Positions 55,818 through 64,000 of a stretch of 64,000 nt of DNA are shown here, piece after piece. Source of the DNA: Thermoproteota archaeon. Its GTDB lineage: Archaea > Korarchaeota > Korarchaeia > Korarchaeales > Korarchaeaceae. Each line of letters starts with the position of its first letter. Within the stretch, counting starts at the first letter, position 1. The stretch is from positions 62,046 to 126,045 of the forward strand of contig JAOZFH010000026.1 of assembly GCA_027491415.1 (NCBI GenBank), given 5' to 3'. Below the pieces are notes generated by a model. The model saw only the letters and a list, made by a program, of their open reading frames with translations, searched no databases and was not told the DNA's origin. Made by a program: the position numbers and the translations under genes.

Positions 55818-56966
55818 TTGAGGGTTCACGTCGTCGCCCACCCGTTTGGAATTCTCCTCCTAGACGGAGATGGAAACGCGCTCTTCTACTCGGTGTTCTC
55901 CTCCCCCGAAGATGCGGGTGAGTCGCTTTACCTCCTTAGCTTAGGAAGGTCATTTCCCCAGGTTGAGGAGGTCCAAGCGGCTATAGAAAACATGGGGGAC
56001 GAGGTAGAAGAGGTCGTGGTTCCATCCCGCGAACTCGCATCCTCGTTGGGCTACTCGGGGCGCGTGATCGTTGACCTCACCTCCCCGGTCGCTAGGGCCG
56101 TTCGAGAGAGGGCTCTCCAGATCGCTAAGGAGATGGGTTTCCAGGGCGATAGGAGGGAGTACAACGACTACGTCACTAAGGTTGGAATCGAGATCAGCAG
56201 AAGGCGAATCAAGGACGATCTGTCCCAGAGGGACAACCTGATTATCAGGGCCATAGACTACGTGGATCATCTAAACAAGTCCCTAAACGTGCTCATACCC
56301 GCCATCAGGGAATGGTACTCGATATACTTCCCAGAACTCGACTCGCTGGTTGAGGATCACTACACCTACGCGCTGATCGCGGCCGAGCTGACGGCCCGGG
56401 AGAGGATCACCAAGGAGGCGCTCAGGAGGATGGGCGTGGACAAGGCCCTCGCCGAGAGGGTAGAGGAAGCGGCGAAGAACTCAATCGGCGCCGATCTACC
56501 TGCAGAGGACCTTAACGCAATAGCGACGGTGGCTAAAAGGTGGGTGAAGCTCTACGAGGCGAGGGAGCAGGTCGAGGGGTACATAGAGGACCTCATGCGC
56601 CAGGTGGCGCCAAACCTCTCCGCCGTGGTGTCCCCTCTAGTGGCCGCCAGGCTGATAGCGATCGCCGGTGGATTGAAGAGGCTGGCGTCTCTCCCAGCAA
56701 GCTCGATCCAAATCTTGGGGGCCCAAAAGGCCATCTTCCTCCACCTAACCAGGGGCACGAAGCCACCGAAGCACGGCGTCCTGTTCCAGGCCAAAGAAGT
56801 GAGGACCGCTCCTAAGAAGTTCAGAGGGAAGATTGCCAGGCTGTTGGCCTCCAAGATAGCCATAGCCGCAAGGGTAGACGCGTTTGGAAGGGGTAGGTTT
56901 GTGGGAGACCAGCTGCGGGCCGAGATCGATCGCCGGCTGGCGGAGCTGAGGGGTGGTAAGAGATGA
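55818..56966 (+). CDS. nop5: Nop5 (Nop56/58) C/D box RNP protein
   Basis: REWYSIYFPEL, APNL, PASSIQILGA.KA, PPKHGVLFQ, RGKIAR, ARVD. Confidence 0.95.
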   Translation: MRVHVVAHPFGILLLDGDGNALFYSVFSSPEDAGESLYLLSLGRSFPQVEEVQAAIENMGDEVEEVVVPSRELASSLGYSGRVIVDLTSPVARAVRERALQIAKEMGFQGDRREYNDYVTKVGIEISRRRIKDDLSQRDNLIIRAIDYVDHLNKSLNVLIPAIREWYSIYFPELDSLVEDHYTYALIAAELTARERITKEALRRMGVDKALAERVEEAAKNSIGADLPAEDLNAIATVAKRWVKLYEAREQVEGYIEDLMRQVAPNLSAVVSPLVAARLIAIAGGLKRLASLPASSIQILGAQKAIFLHLTRGTKPPKHGVLFQAKEVRTAPKKFRGKIARLLASKIAIAARVDAFGRGRFVGDQLRAEIDRRLAELRGGKR

Positions 56967-57655
56967 GCAGGGGTCCAAGGGCCTCCCCGCACAAGAGCTT
57001 TAAGGGCGTCTTTTGGATCCAAGACGGCCGGCGGAGGAATCTGGCCACGCTGAACCTAGTCCCGGGGTTCAGGAGCTATGACGAGGTCAGCGTAGTCGTG
57101 AACGGGAAGGAATACCGGATCTGGCCTCCCAGGAGGTCGAAGCCCGCCGCGGCCATACTCAACGGCCTGAAGAACTTCCCCATTAGGCCAGGGAGCCGAA
57201 TACTCTACTTGGGAATAGCGTCTGGGACGACTGCCTCTCACTTCAGCGACATAATCGGGAGGAAGGGCGTTATATACGGCGTCGAGATCTCCCAGAGGGT
57301 GCTCAGAGAACTCCTCCCTGTGGCCGACGCGAGACGGAACATCGTCCCGATCCTGGCCTCGGCCAGGAGGCCGGAGGAGTACGCTCACGTCGTCGAGATG
57401 GTGGACGTCCTGTACGTCGATGTCGCCCAACCGGATCAGGCTGAGATCCTGCTCAAGAACGCGGGGGTCTACTTGAGAAGGGGTGGCTACGCGGTGATCG
57501 CCGTGAAAGCTAGTAGCATAGACGTGACGCTGCCGCCCAAGAAAGTCTACAGGCTGGTGGAGGACAGGCTAACGCGCGGGGGGTTGAAGGTACTGGAGAG
57601 GGTGGACCTCGCGCCCTTTGATCCGAAGCACGCCATGATAGTGGCCAAGAAGTGA
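56963..57655 (+). CDS. flpA: Fibrillarin rRNA/tRNA 2'-O-methyltransferase
   Basis: EYR.W.P.RSK, LYLG.ASGTT.SH, DVAQPDQ. Confidence 0.95.
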   Translation: MSRGPRASPHKSFKGVFWIQDGRRRNLATLNLVPGFRSYDEVSVVVNGKEYRIWPPRRSKPAAAILNGLKNFPIRPGSRILYLGIASGTTASHFSDIIGRKGVIYGVEISQRVLRELLPVADARRNIVPILASARRPEEYAHVVEMVDVLYVDVAQPDQAEILLKNAGVYLRRGGYAVIAVKASSIDVTLPPKKVYRLVEDRLTRGGLKVLERVDLAPFDPKHAMIVAKK

Positions 57656-57681
57656 ACCGGGCCCCGCGGTCGGGACGCAGG

Positions 57682-58218
57682 CTACCTCACAAGCCTCATA
57701 ACCTCGCCAGTAAGCGTCTCCGCCACCCGCTCAGCCTCTCCGCGCCTAACCCAAATCACCCTCACGTCTCCCCTCCTCAACACATTCCGAAGGAATGGGA
57801 GGTCGTAGAACGGAGCCGTCCCTATTACCGGGACGTCTGAGTCCAGTAACCTCACCACCAGCGACTTGAAGAGATCGCTGAACAGCTCCATCTTTCCTAT
57901 CTCGTCGACGAGCGCCACGTCAGCCTTGAGGGCGGCCTCCAGGGCAGGGACGGCGACTTGCTCGAAGAGCTCGATGGAGACTCCGTACTTGGAGACCCTC
58001 GTCTCCGAGGGGATGTCAACGTGGGCAAACGTTGCCCTCCTCCCTGTCGCAAGGTCCACAACCTCAAAGCCCACCCTAGAGCGGCCCACCCTAACCTCGG
58101 GGGTCACGATGCCAGCTACCCTGAGTCCGACCTCTGACAGCCTTTGCCTCGCGATCTGGGCGGCAGTGGATTTTCCAGAGCCGGGTCTGCCCCTCAAAAT
58201 GAAGTTTTTTACTGCCAA
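57682..58218 (-). CDS. Nucleoside-triphosphatase (THEP1/NTPase_1)
   Basis: GRPGSGKST, TPEVR...R.GF, VSKYGV, VDEIGKMEL; TTG start 58218. Confidence 0.9.
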   Translation of the reverse strand: MAVKNFILRGRPGSGKSTAAQIARQRLSEVGLRVAGIVTPEVRVGRSRVGFEVVDLATGRRATFAHVDIPSETRVSKYGVSIELFEQVAVPALEAALKADVALVDEIGKMELFSDLFKSLVVRLLDSDVPVIGTAPFYDLPFLRNVLRRGDVRVIWVRRGEAERVAETLTGEVMRLVR

Positions 58219-58235
58219 CGAGCCCCCGCGGGCTG

Positions 58236-59423
58236 GTGGATCGGGGCAGAATAACGGTTTCGCTTGCGGAGTACGAGGAGGGCGCTGTGAGGTTCTACGC
58301 CTCAGACCTTGAGGAGCTGGAGAGGCTGGGGCTAGCTTACACCAAGGCCCGCGTCTTTTACAACCCCGACATGAGGTCCAACAGGGATATCGCGGTCGCC
58401 GTCGCCTCTCTGCTGGGTGAAGAGGTCGTCGCCGCCGACATAATGGCCGCATCAGGCGTGAGGGCGCTGAGGCTCGCCGCAGAGGCCGGCGCGGCGGTGA
58501 TCGCGAACGACAGGAACCCCCTGGCGTACCACGCCATAAGGCTCGGGATAAGGAGAAATGGGCTTGAGGGCTCAGTAGATGCGTGGCTGATGGACGCGAA
58601 CCTCGCTTCCCTCTCACTCAAGGAGAGCGGGGGAGTAGACTACTTAGACGTGGACCCCTTCGGAACCCCTTCACCCTTCCTCTGGGCGGCCGTGGGGGCG
58701 GTCAGGATCGGCGGTATCCTGGCCGTGACCGCGACCGACACGCCTGTGCTGTACGGGGTGTATCCCGACAAGCTTTTCCGGGTCTACTTCGCCCACGGGA
58801 GGAAGGTGGAATTTCACAAGGAGGCGGGCCTCAGGATCTTGGCGGCGTACGCGGCTAGGGTTGCCGCCGTCTATGACCTCGCGGTGAGGCCCGTTCTGGC
58901 GCATGCGACGCGGCACTACGCCAGGGTTTACTTCAGGGTGGAGAGGGGGGCCACGAAGGCCTCGGAGTCCCTGAGGGAGATGCTCGGGTGGGTGTCTTAT
59001 TGCCTCCGCTGCGGCTGGCGGATGATCCAGCAGGGCAGGTACCCGCCTAAGGAGGAGTCCTGTCCCCGCTGCGGATCGAGGCTCGAAAAGCTGGGACCCC
59101 TTTGGGTCGGGGACATTCTCGACGAGGGGGTAGTGAAACCGACCCTCAAAAAGCTGAATGAGTGCGTCTGGTTCTCAGAGGAGGCTAGAGAGATAGTTGA
59201 ATCCCTCTCGCAGGAACTCGGGATGCCTCCACTCTACTACGACCTAGATCTCTTGGCGAGTAGGAGGAAGCTGCCCTCGCCAAGCCCCCGGGCCGCGGTG
59301 AAAGCACTGAGATCCCGCGGATTCAGGGCGAGCCTGGTTCACTGCGAGAAAAAGTCGATCAAGACGGATGCCTCCATCGGCGAGATCGAGGAGGTCGTCA
59401 GGGATCTCGTAGGAGGTAAGTAG
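58236..59423 (+). CDS. trm1: tRNA (guanine-26) dimethyltransferase Trm1
   Basis: VFYNP.M..NRD, ASGVRALR, DVDPFGTP, TATD, E.GLRIL, GPLW, IKTDA. Confidence 0.94.
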   Translation: MDRGRITVSLAEYEEGAVRFYASDLEELERLGLAYTKARVFYNPDMRSNRDIAVAVASLLGEEVVAADIMAASGVRALRLAAEAGAAVIANDRNPLAYHAIRLGIRRNGLEGSVDAWLMDANLASLSLKESGGVDYLDVDPFGTPSPFLWAAVGAVRIGGILAVTATDTPVLYGVYPDKLFRVYFAHGRKVEFHKEAGLRILAAYAARVAAVYDLAVRPVLAHATRHYARVYFRVERGATKASESLREMLGWVSYCLRCGWRMIQQGRYPPKEESCPRCGSRLEKLGPLWVGDILDEGVVKPTLKKLNECVWFSEEAREIVESLSQELGMPPLYYDLDLLASRRKLPSPSPRAAVKALRSRGFRASLVHCEKKSIKTDASIGEIEEVVRDLVGGK

Positions 59424-59574
59424 TTAGCTCCCCGCACTCTAACGCCGCTGAGTCGTAACACCTTCCTAGATTTGGACACTTGGTGCACGGAAGGCTCAAG
59501 AGCCTCTCTATCAGTTTCAGCGCACTCTGCTCATACCTCGCCGCGCTCGCCGCCCGCTCTGACTTAGCTGGCAT
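59398..59574 (-). CDS. Small Cys4 protein resembling the Fe-S domain of TFE-beta/RPC34
   Basis: LPCTKCPNLGRC...ECGELTTYL; SD-like GGTGAGG before the ATG; between gar1 and trm1. Confidence 0.6.
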   Translation of the reverse strand: MPAKSERAASAARYEQSALKLIERLLSLPCTKCPNLGRCYDSAALECGELTTYLLRDP

Positions 59575-59590
59575 CCTCACCTAGAGTGAC

Positions 59591-59869
59591 CTATCCGCTG
59601 TTCCTTAATTTCCTTGCCAAAATGCTCGGCGGCTCCAAGAGGTAGAGCCTCCTGCCCACGTAGCCCTTGGCCTCATCGATGGGAATCGTCACTTTGACCA
59701 GGAAGAACGGCGCGGAAACCGGGCCGATCACGTCTCGAACCACGCCGACCACCCGAAGCTCCTCGTCTACGACTTTAAGATCCTTGGGATCATACTCCAC
59801 GGGTCCTCCATACCTAACAAGGAAGTTTCGCGAGTTCGTGACCCTCTCGACGACCCCGATGGGCCTCAG
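59591..59869 (-). CDS. gar1: Gar1 (H/ACA RNP); start codon unclear
   Basis: VVD...R.VG.V.DV.GPV..P motif; homologous-looking N-terminus LRPIGVVERVTNSRNFLVR extends upstream of GTG 59800 to CTG 59869. Confidence 0.8.
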   Translation of the reverse strand: MRPIGVVERVTNSRNFLVRYGGPVEYDPKDLKVVDEELRVVGVVRDVIGPVSAPFFLVKVTIPIDEAKGYVGRRLYLLEPPSILARKLRNSG

Positions 59870-59906
59870 GCGGGCCCTGTCGAGAGGTGGCGGGGGTGAT
59901 CTCCGC

Positions 59907-60314
59907 TCACGAGGCAGACTGCTCCTCCTCCATCAGGACGGCGTTAATCACGCCGTGCTGCCCCGGGCTGGAGGTCACCCTGGCCAGACCCAGCTCGGTC
60001 CTGATGATCGCCCCGCGAGTTATGATCTTGAACCTCTTGAAGGCCTTGCTCGCCGGGTTGTCCACCACGTCCAAGATCCTGACCCTCTTCGCACCCTCTC
60101 CCGGCACAACGACGTTAGCGTAGCTGTCGCTCAGCAGCCTCAGCTTGTAGTCCCCTCCCATCGCCCTGATGAGCTTCAGTCTCCTCTCTCCTATCCTCGT
60201 GAGAGCCGGGAACCTGCCCATCTCCCTCTTCCTCTTCTTGCGAGTCTTCCGGATCTTCCCTCCCGTCGGGGTTCTTCCGCGGATGGCCACGGGTCCGTGG
60301 TAGTAGTGCGGCAC
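59907..60314 (-). CDS. rps8e: 30S ribosomal protein eS8
   Basis: TGG...RKKRKRE.G, GG..K.R, IITRGAII.TELG.ARVTS.PGQ.G.INAVL. Confidence 0.95.
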   Translation of the reverse strand: MPHYYHGPVAIRGRTPTGGKIRKTRKKRKREMGRFPALTRIGERRLKLIRAMGGDYKLRLLSDSYANVVVPGEGAKRVRILDVVDNPASKAFKRFKIITRGAIIRTELGLARVTSSPGQHGVINAVLMEEEQSAS

Positions 60315-60377
60315 TGATCCACGACCTCCTCGGTCCCAGCCTACCCTCGGTTAAATAAGCATACCGCTGGCGAAGGC

Positions 60378-61229
60378 TTGACTGAATGGAGGGTTGAGGC
60401 GTTGGGTGAGGGTGGGGCAAAGAGGCGAGCGCTCGGGCTGGTCCTAGACATAGTGGTTCTGTCCGTCGCCGTCGGGGTGGCCTACGCAGCCGTCACCCCC
60501 AGGGACAGGTACTTCGACATCCGGGGCGCCAACATGGTGGGCATAGCCGCCACCTATCACAGCTCGGCATCTCGCGGGTACGCCGTGGAGCTCGAGGTCG
60601 AGGGGGCCTGGTACGCGGGAGGATCATTCAAAGCGATTGGGAGAGTCGTGTACGCGGACAGCAAGAGGCTGGTCCTCTTCGACCCCCAGAGGGGGGTCTT
60701 AGTGCTGTCGGACGAGTTCGACAGGCCCTACGTCAACGGGGTTCCCAGCAGAATACTCATGAGAATAGAGCAGCCCAGCGGTGTGGTCAGGATCGACGCC
60801 CTAGTCCCGAGTGAAACCATAGGACCGGACTCCCTGGAGTCACTCTGCACGATCCTCGAGCGCTTCGAGGGCGTTGAAGCCTGCCTCGTGTCGGCTACGG
60901 TCGGGGTATGGATGGAGGAGTCCAACGTGACGATCCCGGCCAGCCTGATTCAGGACGTGGCTGCCGGGCAGGGGGGGATCATAGAAGTCGAGACGGCTGG
61001 GAATGAGATCCTCGTCAAGATGAGATTCGTGCCAGCCGAAGACTCCTCCACCCTGCTCAGAAGGATCGTTGAGATACTCGAGAGAGAGGGGGTCGCCGTG
61101 AAGGGATTAATCTCGGGACCAATCCAGCTTACCGTACTCACAGATCCCGTGAGGGTGGACGCAGACGCCGTCGGAGGTTCTCTGCGGGAGATTGGGGGTG
61201 AGAGGATCAGGGTTAGGCGCGAGGGGTGA
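60378..61229 (+). CDS. Single-TM extracytoplasmic hypothetical protein (paralogue A)
   Basis: N-terminal LGLVLDIVVLSVAVGVAY anchor; long ORF with matching composition. Confidence 0.65.
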   Translation: MTEWRVEALGEGGAKRRALGLVLDIVVLSVAVGVAYAAVTPRDRYFDIRGANMVGIAATYHSSASRGYAVELEVEGAWYAGGSFKAIGRVVYADSKRLVLFDPQRGVLVLSDEFDRPYVNGVPSRILMRIEQPSGVVRIDALVPSETIGPDSLESLCTILERFEGVEACLVSATVGVWMEESNVTIPASLIQDVAAGQGGIIEVETAGNEILVKMRFVPAEDSSTLLRRIVEILEREGVAVKGLISGPIQLTVLTDPVRVDADAVGGSLREIGGERIRVRREG

Positions 61230-61230
61230 G

Positions 61231-62097
61231 GTGGCCGTGGAGCCGGATAGGGCGTCGAGACTCCTGGGGGTCGCGCTGGACATTCTCGTCGTGACCGCCA
61301 CGGTGGGAGTCGCCTACATGAAGGTGAACGCTCACTCATACTACCGAGGAGACGTGAGGAGCGGCCAGTCGGCCGCGTACATAGCCAACTTCTACCGGTC
61401 CAGGGGATACTCGCTGAGAGGTGGAATACTCGGCGTCCACGTCAATGGAACGCTAATAAACTCCACGGGATTCGTCCTGGACTCAGCCAGGGCGACCATA
61501 TACTTCAGCGCGGGGGGAGACGTGTTCCTGGTCTACTCCTCCGACCAGAAGGTAAGGGACCCGCTTCCGCAGGAGGTCGACCCCCTCAAACTCGCTCTCA
61601 AGGTAGACAGGAACGTAGACAGGCTCCTGGTGAGCCTGGACCCACTGTGGACCGACGGATTAGATGACCTGATCTCTAGGGTGGGGGAGGTCGCCGGCGC
61701 CGTGTCGAGTGGCGGCGTGGGCTACGAGCTGTTCGTGTCCTTCAAGCTGCACGGTGGGGGCCTCTCTGAGGCCATAAGGGGGAACGAGGTTCCGATATAC
61801 TGGCTACAGAGTGAGGTCAATGAGGAGTGCTCCGGCCTCTTCCTCTTCGTAGGCTCGACGGTGGCCCCCTTCTACTTGGTCGTGGAGAACATGAACTGGA
61901 AGGACCTCACCAAGCTCGACTCCATCCTGAGGGCATGGCTGCCTGCAGACGCGCGCGAGATGCTGGCGTATGACATCCGGGTCAAGGTGGTCTTCGACAG
62001 ACCACCAAGCCCGGGAGAGAAGTCCGCCATATACGGGGCCGTCTCCTCTGTGGAAGGGGTCCGCTACGCCAAGTTCATGGTCGAGTTCAAGGGATAA
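61231..62097 (+). CDS. Single-TM extracytoplasmic hypothetical protein (paralogue B)
   Basis: LGVALDILVVTATVGVAY anchor and SRGY motif shared with paralogue A; GTG start after SD GGTGA. Confidence 0.65.
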   Translation: MAVEPDRASRLLGVALDILVVTATVGVAYMKVNAHSYYRGDVRSGQSAAYIANFYRSRGYSLRGGILGVHVNGTLINSTGFVLDSARATIYFSAGGDVFLVYSSDQKVRDPLPQEVDPLKLALKVDRNVDRLLVSLDPLWTDGLDDLISRVGEVAGAVSSGGVGYELFVSFKLHGGGLSEAIRGNEVPIYWLQSEVNEECSGLFLFVGSTVAPFYLVVENMNWKDLTKLDSILRAWLPADAREMLAYDIRVKVVFDRPPSPGEKSAIYGAVSSVEGVRYAKFMVEFKG

Positions 62098-62100
62098 GGG

Positions 62101-63495
62101 GTGGGTTCGATGAGCCTAACCTGGAGAGCCATTAGGATCCTCATAAAGCTTGAGATGGCGGTCGGCAGATTCCTCGCGGAGATTCTGGCATCCGTAGCGC
62201 CTACAGCCCACGCCCGTGAGGTCCACGAAGGTCTCGGAATCTCACGGATTCCGGGCACGCTTCGCAGGGTCTTTTCCTTCGTCAACAAACTCGCCGATCG
62301 CCTCGTCGAGGCGTCGGCCTCGAGCCTCGTTCTCAGACCACTTGCGGTGGCTTCTGGTAGATACGGGGCGGCCTCTCCCGTGCTGGCCGTCCCACTGGCC
62401 TACGCGCTGTACCTAGCGCTGGCGCTTGTGAGCCCCCTGCCGATAGTGGACCCCGCGCTGTGGGTTGCAGGCATCGCGCTGTGGACCTTAGCCGTGGCGG
62501 CGTACTCGCTGGGCGCTAGGGCCGCGATCTCCAGGGTTCCCGGCCGCGCGGTCATACGGCTGAGGGGCGAGGGTCTCCTTCACTTCTCCCTGCCTCTGCT
62601 TATCGCCGGTGGCGTGGGGCTCTTGGTCAACTACCTGCGGCTGGGCGCCATTCCCCTCCTATACCCAGAGCTGAGAAGGCACGACGCATTCTGGATGATC
62701 AGCTACGACGCGTACCTCCTTGGCCTGTCTGCCCTCGTTGCTTGGTTGTCCTCCGCGGCTGGCCAGAAGGGATCAATTCGAAGGGAGGACGCCCTTATTG
62801 CCTGCGCCGGCCTAATGGGAATTTCTCTCGCCCTCACGTTCCCGTCGGGGTTCAGGCTGGACATGGTGGTTGCCCTCGGAACGCTGATCGTTGCCATGTG
62901 GCTGGGTGGACTAATCAAGGTCAGACAGGTCCTCGCGTACCTGGCGGCCCCCGGCCTCCTGATGTTCACCTTTCAGAAGGTAATACTCATGGCAAGGGCC
63001 GGCCTCACTGGTGACGCCTACTACGTCCTCGTTAGCAGAGCCGGCTTCACACTGTATTCCCTGACGCTGATCCTGAAGACCTACTCGCCCTGGGGGATGA
63101 CCTATGGAATTCTCCTGTTCATTAACCCTCTGCTGACCATGCTTGGAATTCCAAGGCCTCTCGTGGGCGCGCTGACGGGCGAGGCCGTCGTGGGCCTGCC
63201 GGTCGCCTACACGACCTCCATGGTGGGGCCCATCTGGATAGACTTCGGTGTCGTCGGAGTCGCGGTGGTTCCCCTAGTACTCGGCGCAATAGCGGGCGGC
63301 GTGCTCAAGCTGGCTCGCTCGGGAGACTCCGCTGCGAAGGTGCTCTACCCAATACTCCTCAGCGCCAGCCTCGTCTGGATTGAGTCAGGCCCCGTGCACC
63401 CCTACCTCTACTCTTTCTTCGCGCCGGCGCTTGCCCTGCTGGTGTCCGGCGCGCTCCGCCGGGGTGGAGACGGGAACCTCTCCGACAAGGGGTGA
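62101..63495 (+). CDS. Wzy-like oligosaccharide repeat unit polymerase
   Basis: About 10-12 TM segments; GAIPLL.P.LR, SGFR, SRA.FT, TTSMVGP.W.DFG..G, WIESG motifs. Confidence 0.75.
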   Translation: MGSMSLTWRAIRILIKLEMAVGRFLAEILASVAPTAHAREVHEGLGISRIPGTLRRVFSFVNKLADRLVEASASSLVLRPLAVASGRYGAASPVLAVPLAYALYLALALVSPLPIVDPALWVAGIALWTLAVAAYSLGARAAISRVPGRAVIRLRGEGLLHFSLPLLIAGGVGLLVNYLRLGAIPLLYPELRRHDAFWMISYDAYLLGLSALVAWLSSAAGQKGSIRREDALIACAGLMGISLALTFPSGFRLDMVVALGTLIVAMWLGGLIKVRQVLAYLAAPGLLMFTFQKVILMARAGLTGDAYYVLVSRAGFTLYSLTLILKTYSPWGMTYGILLFINPLLTMLGIPRPLVGALTGEAVVGLPVAYTTSMVGPIWIDFGVVGVAVVPLVLGAIAGGVLKLARSGDSAAKVLYPILLSASLVWIESGPVHPYLYSFFAPALALLVSGALRRGGDGNLSDKG

Positions 63496-63526
63496 TGGGT
63501 AGAAAAAGAGTTTGAGAGAGGAGAGC

Positions 63527-64000
63527 TCAGAACTCGAACTTGCTCTCCTCCTTCTCTTCCTCCTTCTCCTCCTTCTTCTCTTCCTTCTCGTACGGCTTGG
63601 CGGCTATTATGTCGTCAGTCTTGATTATCAGGATCGCTGTCTCCGTGGCGGAGGAGATGGAGTTCTTCACCCCCCTGTAGGTGTCGTAGACGCCCAGCTC
63701 GGCCATGTCGGCGATCTCTCCCCTGACGGGGTCGACGCCGTAAGACACCTTGCCCTCGGCGTGGGCTTGCCTGAGCCTGACGAGGACGTCTATGGAGTCC
63801 ATGCCAGCGTTCTCTGCCAGTATCCTCGGGATGGACTCCAGCGCGGCGGCGTAGGCCTCCATGGCCAGCTGCTCCTTGCCCCCGACGGTCTCGGCGTAGT
63901 CTCTTAGCTTCCTGGCAAGATCGATCTGCACCGCGCCGCCGCCGTAGCAGACCTTGCCGTCCTCGACGACGTTCCTAACCACGTAGAGGGCATCCTTCAG
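63527..64000 (-). CDS. Thermosome (group II chaperonin) subunit, C-terminal fragment
   Basis: GGGA..I.LA, GKEQLA, IPRILAENAG.D, IKTDDIIAA. Confidence 0.95.
   Translation of the reverse strand: MKDALYVVRNVVEDGKVCYGGGAVQIDLARKLRDYAETVGGKEQLAMEAYAAALESIPRILAENAGMDSIDVLVRLRQAHAEGKVSYGVDPVRGEIADMAELGVYDTYRGVKNSISSATETAILIIKTDDIIAAKPYEKEEKKEEKEEEKEESKFEF

Noticed and set aside
1-64000. Complete reassignment of TAG to a sense codon
   Set aside because: About 16 genes end in TAG at their expected C-termini; read-through of rpo2 would add a long junk tail overlapping rpo1
1-64000. CRISPR arrays, IS elements, inteins, rRNA, tRNA introns
   Set aside because: None seen; RadA, DP2, Rpo1 and Rpo2 have normal lengths, and repeats are limited to Glu/Lys-rich coding tracts

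Overview
GC-rich, very densely coded archaeal chromosome segment of about 60 genes and 2 tRNAs. No mobile element or CRISPR array is seen. A TACK-type thermophile, most plausibly Korarchaeia, is inferred from unsplit Rpo1 and Rpo2, PolD DP2, Elf1, eS30 and eL30. Contents in order: nurA-herA-mre11-rad50; Hsp20 and a PAC2 protein; a radA-Ubl-ttuA-PAC2-padR-DUF354 string; ogg, gyaR, mtnA and alaS; a cell-surface/S-layer cluster with tRNA-Arg and tRNA-Thr; the DP2-OB-PCNA-priL-priS-GINS-eL42-eS27-aIF2a-nop10 superoperon; the RNA polymerase operon through uS12/uS7; RNA-modification genes (nop5, fibrillarin, trm1, gar1); a Wzy-like locus; and the thermosome 3' end. Most notable: (1) two otherwise intact genes (DUF123-HAD fusion and DUF460) each carry one in-frame TAG at an apparently tolerant position, although TAG is a normal stop in about 16 other genes, pointing to conditional amber recoding (e.g. 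pyrrolysine) or recent nonsense lesions; (2) a 58-aa gene resembling only the Fe-S domain of TFE-beta/RPC34; (3) a strongly divergent RNAP bridge helix and uS12 decoding loop; (4) a GG-less ubiquitin-like gene in frame with ttuA; (5) a putative Wzy-dependent surface-glycan module and an S-layer gene with an operator-like palindrome and a 5'-UTR hairpin. All family calls come from motif recognition by eye; no searches were run.
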